Below are positions 58,871-64,000 of a DNA stretch of 64,000 nt, one piece after another. The first letter of the stretch is position 1. Each line of letters opens with the position of its first letter. The notes beneath the pieces were generated by a model. It searched no databases. It saw nothing but the letters and a program-made list of their open reading frames with translations, and was not told where the DNA came from. The stretch is taken from contig OY969926.1 in NCBI GenBank assembly GCA_963704645.1, positions 672,001 through 736,000 of the forward strand. Direction: 5' to 3'. A program made the position numbers and the translations under genes. The DNA is from an uncultured bacterium. Its GTDB lineage: Bacteria > Patescibacteriota > JACMRA01.

Positions 58871-59938
58871 ATGACTAAAATTATTACAACACTAGGTCCT
58901 TCAAGTCAGACCGTAGATATACTAGATTATTTCGCAAAGCATTCAGTAAGTATTGCTAGACTTAACTTTTCACATAATGTAGCTAGCTGGCATATAGAAA
59001 TTGGAAAAATGGCTAGGGAAGCAGGGATGGAGCTTTTAGTAGACTTAGCTGGACCAAAAGTTTTGGTAGGAGACTTGGAAAGTCCTGTTGAACTTCAAAC
59101 TGGAAGTAGAGTTATTATTTACGAAGAAAAGCTAGAGAAAAACACCCAGTTTTGGTACAAACAAGAAGGCGCTGCTTTAACTACATTGCCTTGCATGTTT
59201 AGCATTCAAAAGTTTGTAGATCCAGAAAAAACTGTTCTTATTGATGATGGAAAAATTAAGCTGAAAGTAGACAAAATATATGAAGATCACATTGTATGCG
59301 ACGTTGAATTCGGAGGGTTTGTGAAAAACCACAAAGGTATTAACTTGCCAAGTAGTCACGTAGCTATTCCTTTCTTGGTTGATAGAGATATTCAGCTTTT
59401 AACAGAAGTACTGCCTGTTTTACAGCCTGAATACGTTGCTCCAAGTTTTGTTCAAAATGCAAGTCAGTTAGAAGAATTAAATAGTTTTATTAAACAGGTT
59501 TTAGATAAAGCTGGTGTGACAAATTATTTCCCTAAAATTTGTACTAAATTAGAAATGGCTAGTGCTGTGCATACCGATATGTTGTCTACAATAATTGATA
59601 TGTCAGACATGTTAATGATTGCCAGAGGAGATTTAGCATTAGAAGCTGAGCCTATTAACTTGGCAGTTCCATTTTACCAGGAAAAAATTAAACAAGTTTG
59701 CAGAAAAGCTGGTAAACCATTTATTGTGGCTACTCAAATTTTAGAAAGCATGATGAGCAACCCAGTTCCTACCAGGGCTGAAATAAGCGATTTATACAGG
59801 GCTGTAGTTATTGATGAAGCAGATTATGTAATGCTTTCAGGTGAAAGTGCTGCAGGCCAATTCCCAGTACAGTGTGTTAATTTAATGCATCAAATGATTA
59901 CTGAATCAGACGATGTTGCCAAGAAAATTTTGGAATAG
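58871..59938 (+). CDS. pyk: Pyruvate kinase lacking the C-terminal regulatory domain
   Basis: TKIITTLGP, RLNFSH, DLAGPK, IARGDL, ATQILESM, PTRAEISD, MLSGESA; 355 aa. Confidence 0.92.
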   Translation: MTKIITTLGPSSQTVDILDYFAKHSVSIARLNFSHNVASWHIEIGKMAREAGMELLVDLAGPKVLVGDLESPVELQTGSRVIIYEEKLEKNTQFWYKQEGAALTTLPCMFSIQKFVDPEKTVLIDDGKIKLKVDKIYEDHIVCDVEFGGFVKNHKGINLPSSHVAIPFLVDRDIQLLTEVLPVLQPEYVAPSFVQNASQLEELNSFIKQVLDKAGVTNYFPKICTKLEMASAVHTDMLSTIIDMSDMLMIARGDLALEAEPINLAVPFYQEKIKQVCRKAGKPFIVATQILESMMSNPVPTRAEISDLYRAVVIDEADYVMLSGESAAGQFPVQCVNLMHQMITESDDVAKKILE

Positions 59939-60076
59939 TATTTTTGGAATAGTAAGTTTGATTTTAATAAGCATAAACTAAAGTACTAGTTTTAGGTTTA
60001 AGTATATTTTATTTGCTCCTTGTTTCTTAATATCATAAACTGAAATATCAATTACAAATATTCATTACAATTACAT

Positions 60077-60796
60077 ATGCCTAAATTACAGTTAAAATTA
60101 GTAGACAGACAGTTGGTAGGTGATCAAGTTTACTTAATAATTTTTCATACTCAGCAGTCTTTCGCATACAAACCAGGTCAGTTTCTTAGCTTTAAAATAG
60201 CTGAAGGTGTAGTTCGTTCTTACTCTATACTAGAGCTATCAAAACAATCATCCTTCTTTAATTCTAGTAATATTTCTTCTCATTCAGATTCTAGTTTTAT
60301 AAGCTTTATTATTAATACTAAACAGTCTGGGCTTGGCTCTAGTTTTATGGAACAGTCTGCAATTGGTACTGAAATTGAAGCAATAGGTCCTGCTGGTAGA
60401 TTTAGTATGCAAGACACGCCTTTAAATAAGGTTTTTGTTTGTACGGGAACAGGTCTAGCCCCTTTCGTGCCTATGATTAAGGTCTTGCTTTCAAATAAAG
60501 TTCCTTGTAAAATTGATTTGTATTTTGGAGCAAAAACCTCTAAAGATAAGTTTATTGACCGCTTTTTTTCACAGGAAGAACTTTCTAAAATTAGTGTTTA
60601 TACAAGTCTAAGTGCCGAAGAGCCTGGTATTGGAGAGTACAAAGGTTTTGTAAACGATGCTATTTCGTCCAATATTGAAGAATTTAAAACTCAAGAATTT
60701 TATTTATGTGGAAACCCACTCATGGTTGAATCGGTTAGAAATATGTTGGAAGAGAGAGGTGCTGATAAAATTTATTTAGAAAAATACAGCTTATAG
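60077..60796 (+). CDS. FAD/NAD(P)-dependent oxidoreductase (FNR family)
   Basis: PGQF, RSYS, GTGLAPF, YLCGNPLMV. Confidence 0.9.
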   Translation: MPKLQLKLVDRQLVGDQVYLIIFHTQQSFAYKPGQFLSFKIAEGVVRSYSILELSKQSSFFNSSNISSHSDSSFISFIINTKQSGLGSSFMEQSAIGTEIEAIGPAGRFSMQDTPLNKVFVCTGTGLAPFVPMIKVLLSNKVPCKIDLYFGAKTSKDKFIDRFFSQEELSKISVYTSLSAEEPGIGEYKGFVNDAISSNIEEFKTQEFYLCGNPLMVESVRNMLEERGADKIYLEKYSL

Positions 60797-60833
60797 TAAA
60801 AAGCTAGATAATAAATTACAAATCTGTTGTACT

Positions 60834-61496
60834 TTATCCAACATCAATACTACTTACATCGCGTAACCTAATAGATTCCAAAGTGTCTGGATTGTAGGAG
60901 TTGTATATTAAAGCAATCAGTTGTTCTGTGCTTAAAATATCAACTTTCAAGTCAAGGCCTGCGAAAGATCCTGCAACTTTATCTACTCTAGACATCAGTA
61001 ACTTTCGGTTTCTAATAAAGTCTTCTTGTTTTTGTTTAATAATTCTTGTTGGGTTTAAGGCTCTGAAAAATCTTCCAAACAAACCGTCCTTCAAACTAAC
61101 AGGTTCGTAACCAACAATTACATAAAAATCTTTGTTCATAATGTTAATTGTAGACAACATTTCTTTAATGTATTCAATGTATTCCTGCATTTTTGCACGA
61201 AGTAAATCATTGGTTTGAGTATCTTCTAATTGCTTTAATTTCTCTATATAAGGGTTTAAATCAAGTTTTCTACTTTGAACTAAAATTTGTATTGGAAATT
61301 CTAAAGAGTTTAATACACCTTGGAAAGTGCCAATAATCATATCTTTTTCTTCTGAACTTTTTAAAGCAAAGTTGGCTGAAGATACCGCTAAAACAGCTCT
61401 CATCTGACCTTCTCTTAAAAGTATAGTTGCGTCTCTAATTTCGCTTACTTCCACAAAACCTAAGGTTGAACTTTTGGTAGTTTGATTATTTGCCAT
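60834..61496 (-). CDS. TraC-like/T4SS-associated protein
   Basis: RAVLAVSSANFALKS.EE...LNSLEFPIQILVQSR.LD; family common in CPR genomes. Confidence 0.75.
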   Translation of the reverse strand: MANNQTTKSSTLGFVEVSEIRDATILLREGQMRAVLAVSSANFALKSSEEKDMIIGTFQGVLNSLEFPIQILVQSRKLDLNPYIEKLKQLEDTQTNDLLRAKMQEYIEYIKEMLSTINIMNKDFYVIVGYEPVSLKDGLFGRFFRALNPTRIIKQKQEDFIRNRKLLMSRVDKVAGSFAGLDLKVDILSTEQLIALIYNSYNPDTLESIRLRDVSSIDVG

Positions 61497-61589
61497 TCAC
61501 TATTATTTTAATAGTCAAAACAGTTTTTGACAAGCATATTTTTGTAAACTACACTGTGGTAGTATAATTACTTTGTAAATTATTTCTGT

Positions 61590-62741
61590 ATGCCTAACGA
61601 AGATTTAAATTCAACTCCAACAAACCAAACTCCAACACCTCCAGTAGACTATAATTCTGCTTATTACGATCCTAACAACAACACTATGCCGCAACAGCAG
61701 GTAGGTAGTTATGTAGATCAAGGTGTTCCAATGCCTCCCGCAGATGCAGGTTTTTATAATTCCGCTTCTCCAGCTTCGCCTTATGCAGATTACACTCAGC
61801 AACCTGCTTATCAAGACCCAGCCGCTTCAACCGTTTACGGAGATTATACACAAAGTAATAATTTAGAAACTGAAGCTCCTGTCTTCGAAGAAAAGAAGAG
61901 TGGAAATAAACTTGTTGTGTACGGAGCAGTTGGATTACTAGTAGTATTGGTTATAGCGGCAGGTGTTTTATTATGGTTAAACTTTGGTGGTCAAACAACC
62001 CCAACAGATACAGCTAATACTCCTCCGGCTTCAAGCAACAATTCTAATACTAACAATAGTACTAACACGCCTGCAACTACACCTAGTAATAATTCCAATT
62101 CTACAACCAGTACAACTCTAACAGGAGGTGCTAATACACCAGCCACTAAATCTAGAGTTTTTAACGAAACTAAGGCTCCAAAAACTTGGCTGAAGCAAAA
62201 ATTTACTACAGCTGTTGTAGATACTGATGGTAACTGTATTGTAACTAACATCTGTGGCGATTCTACAGATCCAGACAGTGACGGATTAACCAACATAGAA
62301 GAATATAACTTCCAAACTGATCCACAAAATGGTGACACTGATAACGATGGAATCTCTGATGGGGACGAAACTTATGTATATTATTCAGATCCAGTTAAAG
62401 ATGATTCAGACACCGATACTTATAAAGATGGTGCAGAATTAGCTAATTGCTATGATCCAATTTTAAATGAAACTGGAAAAATTGGTAGTGCAAAATTAAC
62501 CGATATTGCTACTCAGATTGGGTTACGTCCATTGCATGAAAAAACCAAGGCAACTTTAACTACTGCAGGTGCTACAGCAGTAGATCTTTCCAGTAAAGGT
62601 GTTTCTTCTGTAAAATGTGCCGCAGCTGCTTCCACTGCTTCTACAACACCAGCCACAACGTCATCAACTTCAGGTACAACTCCTACTTCACCTGCAACTA
62701 CTACTTCCCCAACAAGCACAAATCAAGCAGTTCAAAACTAA
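61590..62741 (+). CDS. Single-TM surface protein with DxDxDG calcium-binding repeats and Thr/Ser/Pro-rich linkers
   Basis: DPDSDGLTNIEEY..TDP...DTDNDGISDGDE. Confidence 0.8.
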   Translation: MPNEDLNSTPTNQTPTPPVDYNSAYYDPNNNTMPQQQVGSYVDQGVPMPPADAGFYNSASPASPYADYTQQPAYQDPAASTVYGDYTQSNNLETEAPVFEEKKSGNKLVVYGAVGLLVVLVIAAGVLLWLNFGGQTTPTDTANTPPASSNNSNTNNSTNTPATTPSNNSNSTTSTTLTGGANTPATKSRVFNETKAPKTWLKQKFTTAVVDTDGNCIVTNICGDSTDPDSDGLTNIEEYNFQTDPQNGDTDNDGISDGDETYVYYSDPVKDDSDTDTYKDGAELANCYDPILNETGKIGSAKLTDIATQIGLRPLHEKTKATLTTAGATAVDLSSKGVSSVKCAAAASTASTTPATTSSTSGTTPTSPATTTSPTSTNQAVQN

Positions 62742-62779
62742 CATTTGACCTAAGTAGGCATATAATTTTGGTTAAAAGT

Positions 62780-63373
62780 GTGATTATAATTTATGGCCTT
62801 GGTAATGTGGGTGAACAATATGCTTTAAATAAGCACAATATTGGATGGATAGTACTAGATAAAATAGCTAATAAATTGGGTTTAAGTTGGCAAAAAGTTT
62901 CTGGCGGATTTTATTTCAAAATTAGTAACAATATTATTTGCTTTAAGTCTGACGGATTTATGAATAATTCTGGTGAAAGACTAAGTAAGTTTATTTCCTA
63001 CCAGAAGATTAATACTTCAAATATTCAAATTATTGTTGTTCAAGACGATAGCGACCAAATTGTTGGCTGCGCTAAGTTATTATTAGCAGGGGGAAGTGCA
63101 GGACATAAAGGAATTGCTGATATATATAAATATTCCTTAAGCCTGAAAATTGATACAAGCTCTATTTGGAGGCTTAAAATTGGTATTAGGCCAGAAGGAA
63201 ATAGATTAAAAAGTGAAACCTTTGTACTTACAAATGTATCTGAAGAAGAAAAAAATATTGCAACTTCAATTTCTAATTTAATAGTTTTAGATTTGCAAAA
63301 AAATAATTTGTCTAACCTTATTAATTTACAGCAAATAATTAATTCTGAATATGTACTTAGACAAGCTAAATAA
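62780..63373 (+). CDS. pth: Peptidyl-tRNA hydrolase
   Basis: IYGLGN, HNIG, FMNNSG, GSAGHKG, RLKIGI; GTG start. Confidence 0.9.
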   Translation: MIIIYGLGNVGEQYALNKHNIGWIVLDKIANKLGLSWQKVSGGFYFKISNNIICFKSDGFMNNSGERLSKFISYQKINTSNIQIIVVQDDSDQIVGCAKLLLAGGSAGHKGIADIYKYSLSLKIDTSSIWRLKIGIRPEGNRLKSETFVLTNVSEEEKNIATSISNLIVLDLQKNNLSNLINLQQIINSEYVLRQAK

Positions 63374-64000
63374 AATAATACAGGAGGGTAAAAAAATAGC
63401 AGTAATAGGTCTTGGAAAAGAAAATCAGCAGTTTTTAAGTTGGCTAACGCAGGTTGTGAATTTTCCTGCTGAAAACATTATTCTTGCAGATAAATCTGAA
63501 AATTTAAATTTAGAGGAAGACTTAACCTCCGTTTTGGCAAAATCAGAGAAATTATTGGGCAGTAACTATTTAGATTGTTTACAAAATGAAGACTTGGAAT
63601 GGGTTTTTAAAGCCCCTGGCATTCATAGTTTAAAACCAGAGTTCTTGGCTTTTCGGCAAAAAAAAGGTAATTGGACAGTAACTTCTAGTTTAATTTTCTT
63701 CATAGAAAAATTTGGTCCAAACATAATTGGGGTAACTGGCACCAAGGGTAAAAGTACAACTTCAAGCTTAATTTTACACATATTAAACGGTTTGGGCTCG
63801 TTTAAAGCTGATTACTGTGGAAATACAACTGGTATTTCGCCGTATTCTTTTTGGAAAGAGTTAAATTTTGAATGTCCCGTAAATAATTTTTGGGTAATTG
63901 AACTGTCTTCTTTTCAGTTGCAAGATATTGGTTTGGCAGAACTTTCCCCATCTAGATCGGTAATTACCAATTACTATATAGATCATCTAGATCAGCATAG
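63351..64000 (+). CDS. murD: UDP-N-acetylmuramoyl-L-alanine--D-glutamate ligase (partial, runs off window)
   Basis: KIAVIGLGKE, KAPGI, IGVTGTKGKSTT, ELSSFQL, DHLDQH. Confidence 0.9.
   Translation, partial: MYLDKLNKIIQEGKKIAVIGLGKENQQFLSWLTQVVNFPAENIILADKSENLNLEEDLTSVLAKSEKLLGSNYLDCLQNEDLEWVFKAPGIHSLKPEFLAFRQKKGNWTVTSSLIFFIEKFGPNIIGVTGTKGKSTTSSLILHILNGLGSFKADYCGNTTGISPYSFWKELNFECPVNNFWVIELSSFQLQDIGLAELSPSRSVITNYYIDHLDQH

Noticed and set aside
5747-62719. Numerous antisense or overlapping ORFs in the ORF track (e.g. 5747..6121, 10851..11255, 17145..18581, 57823..58074, 61991..62338)
   Set aside because: Shadow ORFs opposite well-supported genes, with no motifs or expression signals
1-64000. 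Alternative genetic code (UGA=Gly as in Gracilibacteria/Absconditabacteria)
   Set aside because: Conserved genes are full length under the standard bacterial code, with no in-frame TGA interruptions seen

Overview
AT-rich bacterial chromosomal segment. I infer a Patescibacteria/CPR-type genome from the PilB-type ATPase, TraC-like T4SS-associated protein, truncated pyruvate kinase, SD-less core genes with very short leaders and heavily shuffled ribosomal operons; this is not confirmed. Core genes include lemA, rpsO, trxB, pnp, uvrB, murI, clpP, def, hrcA, secY, hup, typA, rpsL, rplM, rplQ, rplU, greA, pyk, pth and murD. The window also holds three tRNAs, an intact IS481-family element inserted into a REP-like palindrome, a 2.3 kaa surface adhesin, a MarR-RND pair, an ECF sigma/anti-sigma pair, a toxin-antitoxin pair and two glycosyltransferases. 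Main observations: (1) seven scattered single orphan genes share an exactly spaced upstream motif, TTG[AC]NN-N12-TRTGC[TG]T, which I did not find at the core-gene promoters I checked; several have Shine-Dalgarno leaders and each is followed by a hairpin terminator, suggesting a dispersed dedicated regulon; (2) typA/bipA is cleanly split into two apparently intact genes at the domain III/V boundary by a similar orphan cassette; (3) PNPase and SecY carry large in-frame insertions; (4) two REP-like repeat families are present, one targeted by IS481; (5) att-like duplications surround tRNA-Arg(CCT). Frameshifts in trxB and the GT2 gene lie in homopolymers and are probably sequencing errors. All calls are from motif recognition by eye; no database searches were run.
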